Part shown: piece after piece, positions 51,001 to 62,900 of the stretch
Layout of the letters: each line of letters opens with the position of its first letter
Numbering within the stretch: the first letter of the stretch is position 1
Assembly (NCBI GenBank): GCA_965178125.1
Contig: OZ237767.1
Span: 1 to 64,000 of the forward strand
Length of the DNA stretch: 64,000 nucleotides
Reading direction: 5' to 3'
Source of the DNA: Bilabrum cf. latius
Taxonomy: Eukaryota
The notes under the pieces: model-generated
Database searches by the model: none
Told to the model about the DNA's origin: nothing
The model's input: the letters and a program-made list of their open reading frames with translations, nothing else
Translations under genes and position numbers: made by a program

Positions 51001-51206
51001 TGGTAGCCGCCGGTGCAAGTGCAATGGGCCGCTCCAGGCGCGATCTGGGTACAGCGGCGAGCACCCGCGAGGCCAAGGTCCAGTCGGCGCGAGACGCCGC
51101 ACCGGGGGCAGCGGCCGCGGCAATGAGCAGCCAAAGAGATTCGCACGAAGATGCGGCGTCGAATCCAGGGCAGAATATGGATCGGAACTGCGCGGAGGAA
51201 GTGTGA
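42006..51206 (+). CDS. ~3066-aa receptor-like protein: signal peptide, FG-GAP (integrin-alpha-like) repeats, multiple IPT/TIG repeats, FN3, Cys-rich region, multi-pass TM C-terminus (TAG read as sense)
   Basis: Single intronless frame with 12 TAGs (42381, 42528, 43632, 43710, 43995, 44997, 45138, 45819, 46794, 47073, 47709, 48594); LGDMDLDG/LGDINSDG..LAVG; P.VTSVSP..GG.VTV.G.NFG; CADGYSGLLCATCVPGY; YWEVVIMLRK; ends TGA. Confidence 0.9.
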
Positions 51207-51537
51207 TTTCGGATGCTGTCGTTTCACTCCAATCAGTGCCTGCGACTAAATGGTCGACATGGCCATATCACTGTCTTACGTAGTATTTCTACCATCGCTA
51301 TTTCTATGCGGAACAAAATAGAACAGATCCACACTTGACCAGGGCCTGCCTACTCGGAATGTGTGAACGAACTTGCTGCAGGAACGCGAGGCCACTTGAC
51401 GTTTATTTCATGTTTAGATCGGTCAATTAGCCCATTTAATTCTATTTCTGGGGTTCCCGTCGACTTGAACTGGGGCTTGACGCCTCTTTGTATCCTTTCG
51501 AACAGCATGTCTGCACCGGACCCCGATCTCCTTCCTA

Positions 51538-52830
51538 GTGAGAGTTTCAGGCAGATCAAGTGTCGCCTTGCAGAGCCGATTTGCCTTAATTATCGAGCAT
51601 GTATCCCATATTCCATGGACATACCTGCACGCTTGCTGTTCGCAGGAGACGTTGCAGCCGTACATGCGCATCATTACAGAGATGCGCGGAAACTTGGACA
51701 AGTTGAAGACATACCTCGGACGTCGACTGCGGCGATCAGAGTGGGCGGAATTCGTCACCCTTCCTAGGGGATTTTAGAGATATCTGGATCAAGCTACCAG
51801 TGGTCTAGATCGTAAAAGATAGGAGGATATGAGCTTCATTTCTGCTGCTCCTACAAGTGCCGAAACCATGCATGTGCGCGACCGCAACGAGAAAGCTAAG
51901 CAGATGCACGAGTTGATGTGGGAGCCTCTGCTTCTTGGCAAATCGGTCGATGGTCGAGCAAGTTTTCGCTATATCAGCGGTCATGCAGCCCGTGTGCTGC
52001 CAGACTATAAGCTTATTGCATGCCGCTGGCTAGAGACCTCGCTTCTATCGAGGCAGCTGTTCGGGATTGATGCAATCTACGTAGCGATGGAGAGATTCGC
52101 AGCTAGAAATAGTTATTTCGAATCAGTGTCTGGGCGCAGAGAGTGCGGTCAATTCACACCATATCCTTACTCCAAAGGACCCACCCCCGATATCACGGAG
52201 GATGGGCCATGCGTACACATGGCTGGGCTAGAGCTTGTGCGGCTCTTCCTCGACCTCGAGGCATTGCTCGAGTCTGCCGGGCATGGAGCCTAGGCAATAG
52301 TTGTGCCCGAGGGGTGTCAAGGTGAAGGCATGCAGGTGGCTAGTGCGGGAGAGGTGCGGGCGCTGAGCGGGGCTGCGGCTGCAGCTGCCATGTTGCTGCT
52401 GGGCGGGTCGAGGCGCACGGTGCTGGCAGCGGTGAGAGAGATCGAGGTGGAGCGGGGCGCTGGTGTTGAGCGAGAGCAGGTAGGATCAAATGGGGTACAT
52501 GCAGCTGCCACTCAATTTGTAGGGATGCACAATGCAGCTGCTGACGTCAAATTATTTGCAACGGAGAGCGGCAGCAAGTCTGCTATGCGTGGCAGTGGGG
52601 GCCTCGTTGGTACGGGCCATGATCGGCTGGCCGAGGGCGCTGCAGAAGCAAGAGTCGCTGATCGAGAAGCTCATTCAACTGGTACTCCAAGCTGCAGCCT
52701 GATATTCTCCATCAGTGGAGGCAGCGCTGTGTACGGGGAGTCGCAGCACTCAGTCGCGCGGGGCAGGTTGCAGCCGGTGAGCGTCTTGCAGGCCGATTTG
52801 GTGCAGCTTGTGTGGCCTTCCTTCTAGTGA
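51538..52830 (+). CDS. Unknown protein, paralog A (start uncertain; TAG read as sense)
   Basis: ORFs 51538-51777, 51829-52293 and 52303-52827 are in one frame joined by TAGs; ends TAG-TGA; similar to paralog B. Confidence 0.6.
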
Positions 52831-53082
52831 AATACAAAGTCGTCTAAGGCTAACTATTGCCTTGCCACATGAGGCAATGCTGCACCGTGAGGTCCAGTAT
52901 GCTTCGTATAGTGTTTACATGCTGCTACTGTAGGCCTAATTTGCAAGTTCTGACTTCATAGCTAGCCCTTTGCGCATACCCGGTGGATTCTTCTATTTAA
53001 TTTAGTCACGCTGACCGCCAACGGCCTATTCCAAACTCCAGATACTGTGTGCTTTCACACAATAGGGGTGAGGATTAGAGAT

Positions 53083-53421
53083 CTAGATCAAATCGAGACG
53101 TAAATAAGCTTCCAAAGTTGATCGAACATCTGAGCCGCCCATATCCAAACTCCTGGCAATTCGATAGCGTTGAATGAAAAACACCAATCCCAAAACATGG
53201 GCAATGGTGATTACCGCAAATAACAATTGAGGTAACCAACTATCCACATAAAAGAAGGCTAGAATATAGAGTGGGGTAAAAAGAATGGTAAAACCAATTT
53301 TCCAGGCCAGTCGTTTATTTAATTTCCGTACTGCATCCTCGCTCCTTAAATGCAGTCCAGCCCGGATCTCCGCCCCGCTAAGGCGTTCATCAAGTGAATT
53401 CCAGGTATCTTCAATTTTCAT
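53083..53421 (-). CDS. Bacterial-type membrane protein (putative anti-sigma), 3'-truncated
   Basis: Start overlaps the sigma stop (ATGAAAATTGA); two TM segments; AT-rich. Confidence 0.65.
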   Translation of the reverse strand: MKIEDTWNSLDERLSGAEIRAGLHLRSEDAVRKLNKRLAWKIGFTILFTPLYILAFFYVDSWLPQLLFAVITIAHVLGLVFFIQRYRIARSLDMGGSDVRSTLEAYLRLDLI

Positions 53422-53680
53422 TTTCTTCCTTCTTGATTGCGTTTTTCAACTTCTCCTTAATACGGTGAAGCCTTACAGCAACATGATTCTTACTGATTCC
53501 AGATATCATAGCAATTTCATCATTGCCATATCCATCCAAATGCAACATGATGACCAACTTCTCAGCATCATTTAATTCCCGGATATGAGCCATAAGCACT
53601 GCTCGCTCATCTCCTGAAGGTGCAACCTGCCAATCGTTATCAAAACCTTCCTGCTCCTTGCGCTCCTTTTTCTTGTGAGT
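53411..53680 (-). CDS. Bacterial ECF sigma-70 factor, C-terminal region 4 (partial, cut by gap)
   Basis: LMAHIRELNDAEKLVIMLHLDGYGNDEIAMISGISKNHVAVRLHRIKEKLK matches sigma70 region 4.2 of ECF sigmas. Confidence 0.85.
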   Translation of the reverse strand, partial: THKKKERKEQEGFDNDWQVAPSGDERAVLMAHIRELNDAEKLVIMLHLDGYGNDEIAMISGISKNHVAVRLHRIKEKLKNAIKKEENEN

Positions 53681-53880
53681 NNNNNNNNNNNNNNNNNNNN
53701 NNNNNNNNNNNNNNNNNNNNNNNNNNNNNNNNNNNNNNNNNNNNNNNNNNNNNNNNNNNNNNNNNNNNNNNNNNNNNNNNNNNNNNNNNNNNNNNNNNNN
53801 NNNNNNNNNNNNNNNNNNNNNNNNNNNNNNNNNNNNNNNNNNNNNNNNNNNNNNNNNNNNNNNNNNNNNNNNNNNNNNNN
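53681..53880. other. Assembly gap (200 N)
   Basis: Run of N. Confidence 1.
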
Positions 53881-54847
53881 GTCGATAGCAGCAAGACCTT
53901 CCTGCTTACCTGTCATGCGTGGTGGACGCCAGGATCAGCGCAGACACCATCCGGAAGCTCGCCGGCTGGAGACAGGAGCTGACTTCTTGGCACCGGTGCA
54001 TCCGGCCAGCAATCCGATCTAGGCTAACGGTGTCTTAGCGACCGTCTGACCCAAGGATCATGGCCGACCAAAGCTGGATTCGCGTTGAGGGTGATAAGCC
54101 CCTGCATTCAGAACGACATACCTTTGAGCGAATGTGGAGGCCGATTGTCGGCGAAACCGACAGCAGCAAACCAATTTCAACGCTAGCACCTTTACCCCAG
54201 CCCACTGATAGTCTTCTTGCGCACCGCTGGCTGGAAACGGCAGTCGTTGCCCGCGTGCATTTCGGGGTCCGTGCTACCTCTTTCGCGTGCAAAGCGCTGC
54301 AGTAGCTCTCGGAGATCAAGCAGTGCGCAGATCTAGATTCTCGGCCGCTCGGCTCAGGTTAGGCTACTCCAGCCAGCAATAAAGTAGCAGCGGACAAAAG
54401 CATTAAGACCGCTGGGGAACACATGGCAGTCCTATACATCAACTTGGAGGCGCTACACGACCGTGTCACGATGGATGGATCTTGGACGGCGGCGGGCATT
54501 GACCCACGCGAAGTCCGTGCCATGAGCGGAGCCGCCGCAGGTGCTGCAATCATGCTGCTAGGAGGGCCCAGGCAGGCAGCTTGCGCCATCGCAAGCGAGT
54601 TGAATGCTGCTTCACGAGTGCGGTTGCAAGCGGCAGGCCAGCGCGCCTCTACAGTCGCGGGGCTGACAGGCGTCGATGGAGCGGGGAATGAAGCGAGGCT
54701 GGGTCGTCTGACCGGTGTTATGTAGACCAGGGACAAAACGAGGCAAAAAGAACTGCGCGATACACCGTGCGTACTTGCCGGTAGCCCTAGGCTGGAACAC
54801 TGGCAGCGCTTGCCCAGTGCCAGGTTGCTGCTCTCGCTTCAAGAGTG
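53881..54847 (+). CDS. Unknown protein, paralog B (5' end lost in gap; TAG read as sense)
   Basis: One frame from the gap to TGA 54845; MWRPIV / RWLETAVVARVHFG / EVRAMSGAAAGAAIMLLGG match paralog A. Confidence 0.6.
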
Positions 54848-55223
54848 ACGCGTGACAAGCTCGTATAGGAAGGAACCATGGTAGGCAACTGTGGGGCTAG
54901 GGGCAGACGGTGGTCGAGTGAATTGGGAGGCCTTAACTACAACGGCTTGATCAGCATGGCATACACGCCCGGAATACCACTATCATTAAGCGGAGGCGCG
55001 TGTGTCTCTTCAAGCAAGGTATGATACCACCCCACAACCTGCTGCCTACCAAGCCAAGCAGGCCTATCGCCACCTCAAGCCCCAGTCCACCAGGCCTACA
55101 GAGAGAATCCATGATATTACTGATGTCCACACAAGAGCCTGTATCGCCTGTCAATTTTAGCCTTTAAATGGTCAAATTCGCAGCCTCATCCAGGTAAGGG
55201 CATCCTCATCGCCTGATCAGCGA

Positions 55224-55812
55224 TCAGGTCGAGGCCTCGATTTTGGCGCGCTTCTGCCCGATTCCAGTAGAACCGAATCCTCCCGCACCGCGTGTACTCG
55301 CGTCCAGGTCCTCCACCTCGCTCACTTGGGCGATCGCGATACGCTCCAGGATGAGCTGAGCAATGCGGTCTCCTCGCTTGACTTCGAAGTCCTTGTCAGA
55401 CAAATTGAATAGAATCACACCAACGTCGCCCCGGTAGTCCTCATCAATAACACCAGCCCCTACGTCGATGCTGTGTTTCCATGCGAGGCCGGATCTCGGT
55501 GCTGCGAAGATGTAGAAGCGAGATTGCAGCAAACAATACATACGAGCGCGGAATAAACGGGGGTGCGGGAGTATCCACGAGTACATCAAGCTAACCTATT
55601 CTTCCATAGGTACCAGATGGTAGGGCAATGGCAAGATTTGTCTTGATGAGGGCTTTACCGCGCGCGGGCACAAGTCCATCTACAGCAGCGGCTAGGTCGT
55701 ATCCAGCTGCGCCACTTGAGCCCCGAATTGGCAGGACGGCGTGCTCAGACAGCTTTTTTACTTGCAATACTAGTTCATCAGAAGCAGACGAGCTCGAAAC
55801 AGCGGCCGCCAT
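55224..55812 (-). CDS. DUT: dUTP diphosphatase (trimeric dUTPase), 2 exons
   Basis: AAGYDL, YGRI|APRSGLA across GT-AG intron 55502-55595, [25 protein letters not shown]; ends TGA. Confidence 0.96.
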
Positions 55813-55950
55813 GATATTTTGGGATTTTCAATTTTTTTTAAAATGTTGGGCTGCAATCATGATGTGATGAGTGCAGTCAGAACAACTGTCTGCATGCATG
55901 CATGCCGCATTCATGTATGCTTGCATGTTCTTGGCGTGCTATGGTAACGG

Positions 55951-57636
55951 TCAACGAATCCTGCTCAGTACCAGACGGTCTTCTACGTCCTCCTCCAGCA
56001 GCGGTCTGCCCACCCACCACCCGGCCTCCTCAAGCCGATCGATCCACTGCTGGCCCAGCCCACAGCTCGCACCCCGCCCACCTTCACCCCCTGCATATTC
56101 ACGGCCTGTCTCATCGGCGAGCCTGCCAAACACCAGATCATTCGACCTCTCGATCGCCCTATCCACTAGTTCCCTGGACACCCCCCCTGCCCCCTCCCCC
56201 TCCGCCAAGATGCACCTCGCTGCCTCCGCCCTCAGGTGCCCCAGCAGCACCGCGCGCCAGTCCGCACCCACCGGGATAGACAGGCACATCTGCACGCTAC
56301 AATCACCACTTTCACCACCATCATCCCGCACCCGCGCCCACACCATGGCCCCCCGCTCCTTGTTCCCTGCTTCCATGGAGGCAGCTGCTCGGCATGCCTC
56401 CGTCGCAAGCCCGCACTGGTCGAGGTCACCTGCCTAGATCTTCGGGCTGATCACAAGCGGGATCCGGGCCTCCCACTTTGACCACCTCCGGTAGGCATCG
56501 TCAGCTGACCCAGCAGAAGGAGCAGCAGTGCCGATTCTGATTCCGAGTGCCCGGGTCACTCGAGGTGTGACGAATAGGCGCTCTGCTCTGCGGGCGTCCT
56601 CTGGACTCGGCATCATCGCGCCCCACGCAGTCTGGCTCGGCCCACTGGCACTGGATTCGCTCGACAATGGGCCAGGACCAGCAACCGCTTCAGACACATG
56701 GGGCAGGAAGGCCGCAGCGCACAGCCCCGCCCTCTCCTGGTTGAGGGTCGGGAGTGCCAGCTCTCGAAGGGCCTGCCAGAGGCAGAGCAGGTGCCCCGAC
56801 GAGATGGTCGCAAACGCAACGAGAGCGCCCACCGCTGGATCCACGGCCGATCCCTCGCACACCCAGGGAACAAACGAGGCCACCCCCATCCCCAGCGCGG
56901 TGCCTGCCACAGAGGCAGCGATCGACTGGGAGCCCGATTTGGCCGTGACATCGGCGAGCGTGCCTCCCTGGGCCAGCGACTGGTGGATGCCGGCCCTTGT
57001 GGCGCTGGCACTGAGCCAAGCCACGTTCTTGGCGACATTCGCGACGGCAGCCACGGGCAGGAACAGGCCCGGCATGAGAGGGAGTGCGCATTCCAGGAGA
57101 CAGGCGGCGTCAAGGGCCGCGGCACTCGCGAGTCGCCACCTCTTCACGTCAGTGTCGTACTTACTGCTGACTGCTCCAGCAAACAGAATGCCTCCCAGCT
57201 GCCCCAGCCCGTCCTTTAGCACCCATTGCAAGGAGGCCGCTAAGGGAACCGAGCCGGCCCCCACCCCGACCGCATGAAGCAGCGCCTGCATGGACAGCAC
57301 CCCTCCTGCTGCGGAGAGAACCGCACTTGCTCCATGCCACAGCGCATATGGCATATACGTAGGCGATACTGAGGACGGGTACCCTTTCGGGAGCAGCTGC
57401 GCCGGGATCGCAGTGGCTGCCGTACTCACTGCCCGCATTGCATCAGCAAGTTCCCATGTGGGCGGCGCAGTTTCATCCCCATCGATACGAGAGATGGATT
57501 TGCCATGCTAAGTGATTTCTACCGGTGGGATCTCGCTGACTTTCTTATTCCAATGGTGCAGGTGGCGGCAACGAAAGTGAGGCCTTGTTGTCGCGGCCAG
57601 ACGGATGCATGGACGTAAGCCCCTTGCCCGATGCAT
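55951..57636 (-). CDS. RUS1/DUF647 (root UVB sensitive) family protein with Arg-rich transit-like N-terminus (TAG read as sense)
   Basis: LLPKGYPSSVSPTY, WVLKDGLGQLG, DVKRWRL, ADVTAKSGSQ, LPTLNQER; TAGs at 57508 and 56434; ends TGA. Confidence 0.88.
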
Positions 57637-57794
57637 TTAATAAGTAATAATAAGCATCATTGCGCACACGTATATGCGCTCCGTATTCTCTGGGAGTCCA
57701 CGCGATTGAACCTGACGCCGAATTACAATGCAATGACCCACAGCAGACAGGTTTGCATGCTTTCTGGCTACACTTTTCGCAGATTTCATTGTAA

Positions 57795-59516
57795 ATGAGG
57801 TCAATTCATGCAATCACGCTCATGACAAGCTGTTTAACTGCGCTTGCGGTTCAGATTAACCAGTATAACGCCTCGATTGAGTTCGTATCCTCGGCTGGAG
57901 ATCCGAGGGTCGGCCAATTCATGAATGGAGACTACTGGGTCGTTGCCGAAGACGGGCTGGAGCTCAAAAATACAGCACCATATGTAAGATGCTTTGATTG
58001 TCTGGCAAAGCCGGACTATCCGTTCTGAAATCATAATGAGTATGACGCGCAGCATCGAATACTGCAACTCGTGGTAAAACGACACATCCCAATGTCAAGA
58101 TCGCAGTATGATGGCCAAAGGAATGGCTTTGAGATCAACTGTGACAGCATCTACCAGCAGGGCTTCGATCATCGAATCGCGGGGTTCAACGCGAGCAGGG
58201 TGCCTTCCTTGCCACGCGCTCTGAAGTCCGGGGATCGTGTCGTGAAAGGGCTGTCGCTGCCGCCAGGCAAAGTCGACCACAATATTGCGCTTTAGACAGC
58301 CATTGTCGTCACCGTGGTAGACTCGCCCCCTCCCGCTAACGCGTTCCGGCCGCCCTACTTTGGCGCGACCCCCACTGTTCCAACTGCCTGGAAGGCGAGC
58401 GCGGGAGCACCTGCTCGTGCTCGGTCACAAGGCGCGTCTCTCTACTGGCTTCTCTCGGACATGAACCTCGCACGACTGGAGAACAAGCCGCTGGCCCCGC
58501 CCCCTGGCTTCAACAACAGCGCGCGTCCCTCCTGGCGATGGGCCTCCCGGCGCTTCCAGAGGCTGCAGCTCGACCACCTCACCAACTGGGTGAGCAGGCA
58601 GATCCACCCCGTGGAAAACATGCCCGGCTACGGTGCCGACATCGCCATGGACACTGGTGATTTCGCCGCGCGGATGCTGCTCAACGACACGGCCCAGGCA
58701 GTCGGGCAGCCAGGATCACCGGCGCAGCTGGCCCTCTACGGATACGTTCAGATGGGCCTGGACATCTGGGGCATCATGTAGAACAACGGGAGCTGGCCCG
58801 CCAATGGAGGCCACGACGAGGGCAGGAAGCTGCCTCTTTCCTGGACTGCCGTGGTGCTGGGAGACGAGCACATGCAGCAGGCAGTCGCGGGCGTTGATCC
58901 GATCCGTTTCCAGGAAAGTTCCGAGATTCAGGTGCACCCCGAGAACGAGCACACGACCCCGCTGTGGGGTGCCACCACCACCGCCGACGAGGACTACTGG
59001 AAGGTGGTTGTCACCGGGGACGGGGACCGGATCGAGGCTGACCCGTATGGCTGGATTGATGGGGGCGCCTTCCCCGGTTCGTTCTATCAATACTGCTGCA
59101 ACTCGCAGACGTGGAAGATGGCGGGTCTGGTGCAGCAGCAGTCCGCACCCGTGCTGCAGACCTTCAACTTCACCCCCATGATCGATTACGTCGTCCGCTG
59201 GAACTCGATCGGGACCTGGGCCCAGCCGGACCCCTGCGCGCCCCCCACCGGCACCTGCTCCGACGGCAGCGGCAAGTGTACCGGTTACATCAACAAGCCC
59301 TGCGGCCAGGGCGGCAAGGGCAAGTGCCAGCTGTCCATGGACGGGTATAAGACGGAGTTCGGGCCCGACGGCAAGGGCGGGTGCATCCTGGACAAGGACC
59401 CATCGGACGGGACCGGGCGGTTTCCGTCCATGCATGCGCAAGACGCGAATCAGGGAGACTACGTGTCCTCATTCGCGATGGAGATGTACAAGCTTTACGG
59501 CAAGCAGCACGCGTGA
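57795..59516 (+). CDS. Secreted protein resembling an uncharacterised bacterial family, 2 exons (TAG read as sense)
   Basis: Signal peptide; VGQFMNGDYWVV; GTAAG...CAG phase-0 intron 57984-58106; TAGs at 58293 and 58779; FRPPYFG, NGGHDEGRK, DPYGWIDGG; ends TGA. Confidence 0.78.
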
Positions 59517-59900
59517 GCTATGATTCGATCTCGAGAAGGCTGTGGAAGTGGACCCGGATCTGATCAAGAGAACGGACTCCAGTCTCACTGGTACCACGAG
59601 ACATTTGGCTTGATGATCCAGTTTGGGCTCCGCCCGCAAGTCTGCGGTGGATCCGGGTGCCGGCGTGAATACACGGCGGCCGCTGAAACGGTGGATCCTG
59701 CACCAAGCTTGCTTGTTACATACAATCCGGATACATGAAGGCTGTTTCATAATTGAGAATGGCTTTTTGCGCATTGCAACCTCTGTGCTTCACAAAATGG
59801 ACACCGGATTTCTACCTTACGCTAGATCCGGATTTCGGATCTAATTGACCAACATCCAGGGATCCGGATCCCGGATGGATTGCGGTTCAAGATCCGACAA

Positions 59901-62900
59901 TTATCCGCTTGCACCACTAAAACGACCAACCATCGCATCCACAGCCTTCTTGACGCTAATTGGGCCGGCCAAGCGCCCCGACGCAGGGAGGTGGTACGAG
60001 GCAGATCGAATCTCATCCTCGATACATGAACCGCTACATGGAAGGGCACTTGGGTGCGCCCCCAGCGTCCAGAATGGCATCGTAGCTGCCATCTCTTCTT
60101 GCAGGCGGATACCCGCAGCCGCGAGTGCCTGCCTGGCCTAGTACGAGAGGGATCGTGGGCTCGGCACCGAGTGCAAAGAGAAAGAGATATGCTGCCTCGC
60201 ACGACTGCACAGCTCGCTGGACACACCTTCAAACAACCCGTCTGGCACCCTGTGCACCGACGGAGCGACTGCGGCCTGAAGCGCCGGGCACACTTTATAA
60301 TGAGCAATAGGAACTTTACCTGCTGCCTGGCTGCCACCGGCGGTCTGGGCATCTCCAGAAGCCAGCATGCAACGACCGCTGGCGGGGAGCTCGGCGGTGT
60401 CCGTCATTGCCGCCCTGTACGCATCAAACCACTGCAGCCACACGATCCGGGCCAGGTACCACTGGGCTCGTTTAAAATGACCCGGTGCGAGTTGGGCTTC
60501 GTGATCGGTTGCCGACTGCGGTCTGCTGTCTCGGGCGCTCCGGGGACTTGCCTAATCGTGCAACACATGGTGCAGCAAGAGGTTGTCACATGTCTGCACC
60601 AGATCACACACCATCTGACGGCAGCAAGCCTTCAGATCTGCCTGCGCCACGGGAGGCTCCTCTTCAAGCTTGCACCCGAAAAACTGGACCGAGAAGGATT
60701 CGCTAGGCTTCCACCCACACTGGTCCGTCCTCAGCCCGAGCCTGAACCTCCGTCGCACATCGAGAGCATCCGGGAGTGTCGCGGGCCCAGCTAATATTCC
60801 CTCTGTGTGCCTCTGCATGGTGCCGTGGTGGCGCTAGGTTGCACTGGCATGCCGATCCACGGAGCACGCGTGACACAGGTTCACCGTGGCAAGGCCGAGC
60901 AGGCAGGCACATGTAACCGCTGCAATGTGTGCGACTTCGAGGCTGCTTTGCGGAAGCAGTAACGCCCCTGACCCTCCCACGACCAGAATCGCAACCACCA
61001 GGCAACCACAAACGATCGTCACGTCAAGGCACTTCTCGAAATAGTCAGCCCGCCGCGAAGGTCCGAAGAGTTCGAAGACCCACTTAAGCGGCCTGAATCC
61101 GAACTCGTCCTCGAGAGGAATTTCTCCGATTTGGAGTGCAATAACTACTAATCCACACAGCCTGACTAGCTTGGTGCACACATCAAGCATAACCCCGAGA
61201 CAGTATAAAACCAAAAAAACGTACTGTCCTGCTTCAATGTCGCGCAGGTGTTGATTCCAATACGTAAATATGGGAGCTGTAAGTGGCATCGAGAAAACCA
61301 AAACTGCCACGGGAGGCACAGTGAGACACACCTTGGATGACATCAGTGCTGTGTACATTGTACGCGTAGTAGCCTCGTTTGCAGGATTGCCGCGGTTGCG
61401 ATGTCCCACGCAAAATATACCAGGGAGACTATGGCCTTGGTGTTGCAGCGCCTTCCACCACATGGAAGCAAGCACAATACTGCACAAAACGACAGCTGAC
61501 ATGCCCCATATGGGCCAATTCTGCGCCCCAAGGACAATGGATGCTGTCAACTCAGCCTGAGTGAATGCAACCTTCAGATGCTTGGATGGCGAGTAACACG
61601 GGAATCGACTTGTTCTGGTGCTCCCGGTACTCTGAGACACGACTCGTCCCGTGCCGAGCCCAGCGGCCGCGGCCTGCCACGACCGATCACTGTGCCATGC
61701 AGTGATGTCCTCTGGAAGCATATCCATGTGATCCGCCAGACACATCCGCGTATCGTCGCAAGAGGTGTACAGCCCCCTTGACACGATGCTATCCAGTTGA
61801 ATTGCCATGTACATGGCACCCACAAGCGAGCTCGCAATGCTGAGCAGCATGGTCGACGTCCACAGTGACAGGCAGGGCATTTGCGAATTCAATACCACTG
61901 AGGGTCTCCTATGCACATGTTCAGCAGCACCGCAGGACAGCCAGTTCACCGGCGGCAGGCTTGCCTCGCTGAGGTCGCCATCGGCAGGGGTGTAGTCGCT
62001 CGGGATTACGCATGCCAGGCAGTGGGTGATGGCAGACGGCAAACTGAACGGCCTGGGCATTTGTGACCAAAGCACACTTCGAACACCTCTGTCCCACAGT
62101 GGAGCGATGCACGGGCGAAGCATCCAGAAGGCCAGAGCACCCAGGCAAGCCAGCACGTGCGGCGTGCTTCTATGAAGCAGTGCGGACTGCACCTGCTCGT
62201 CGTCCAAGTCCAAACCAGCACCACCTGAAGAATCATCTGCCTCAGCTATGATCAGGCTAAACTGCATCATGGCCATGGGCATGGCACTGACCGCAACGGC
62301 AACAACCAGCCATGCAACGAGCAGAAGGCCGGCGATGGCCGAGCTTGCCCTGCACCAGGTCAGCATGCGATACCCAGTCCCCAGCTGCATCAGCCGTTTG
62401 CCCTCTTCCAGCTTCTCCTGAAGCCTCTCTCTCGAGCTGCGCTCCTCGCTGAGCGCACGATCTCGCTTTTGCTGCGTGCTCGCGACAGCAGCGGCAGTCA
62501 GGCGCATTGCGACTGAGCGATCGATCCCTTGGCCTTTGAGCATGTATTCGGGCAGACTGCGAGAGGCTGGATCGGGACCAGCACCTGCACTGGGCCGAAG
62601 TGGTGACGCAGCGGGTAGTCCGGGTACATCTGAGGGAGCTAATGCCCCTGTCATTGGGTCTGACGACGACGAAGCAGCCGGCTCGCTTGCAGCGTGAGGG
62701 GAGCTTGAGATGGAGCCCGTCCGAGAGGACTCCTGTCGCACGACTGCTTGTGTCCGCGAGCATCTGCCTGTTGCTTGATGCCTCCACTGCTTGGTTGGGC
62801 ATTCCGATCTGCGAGCCAAGATCGATTGCTCGTTCGCAATATATCCGATCCAGTCCGGCAGCTGCTTGTCCTTGCCTGGTGTCCCAAGATCCATGCTAGG

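Noticed and set aside
33489-51206. Cluster of pseudogenes with premature stops
   Set aside because: Only TAG interrupts, there are no frameshifts, and conserved motifs are intact on both sides; recoding explains it better
33489-51206. TAGs as 3' ends of tiny in-frame introns, or pyrrolysine/selenocysteine-type recoding
   Set aside because: No consistent upstream GT donors, flanking residues are needed for the domains (WW, IPT, SH2), and the sites are numerous and non-catalytic
53572-54022. ORFs spanning the N run, and an apparent frameshift in the sigma gene
   Set aside because: Gap artefacts; the sigma frame is continuous from 53680 to 53411
55224-55812. dUTPase as a marker of an endogenous virus or retroelement
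   Set aside because: It contains an intron, is cellular-type, and has no viral neighbours
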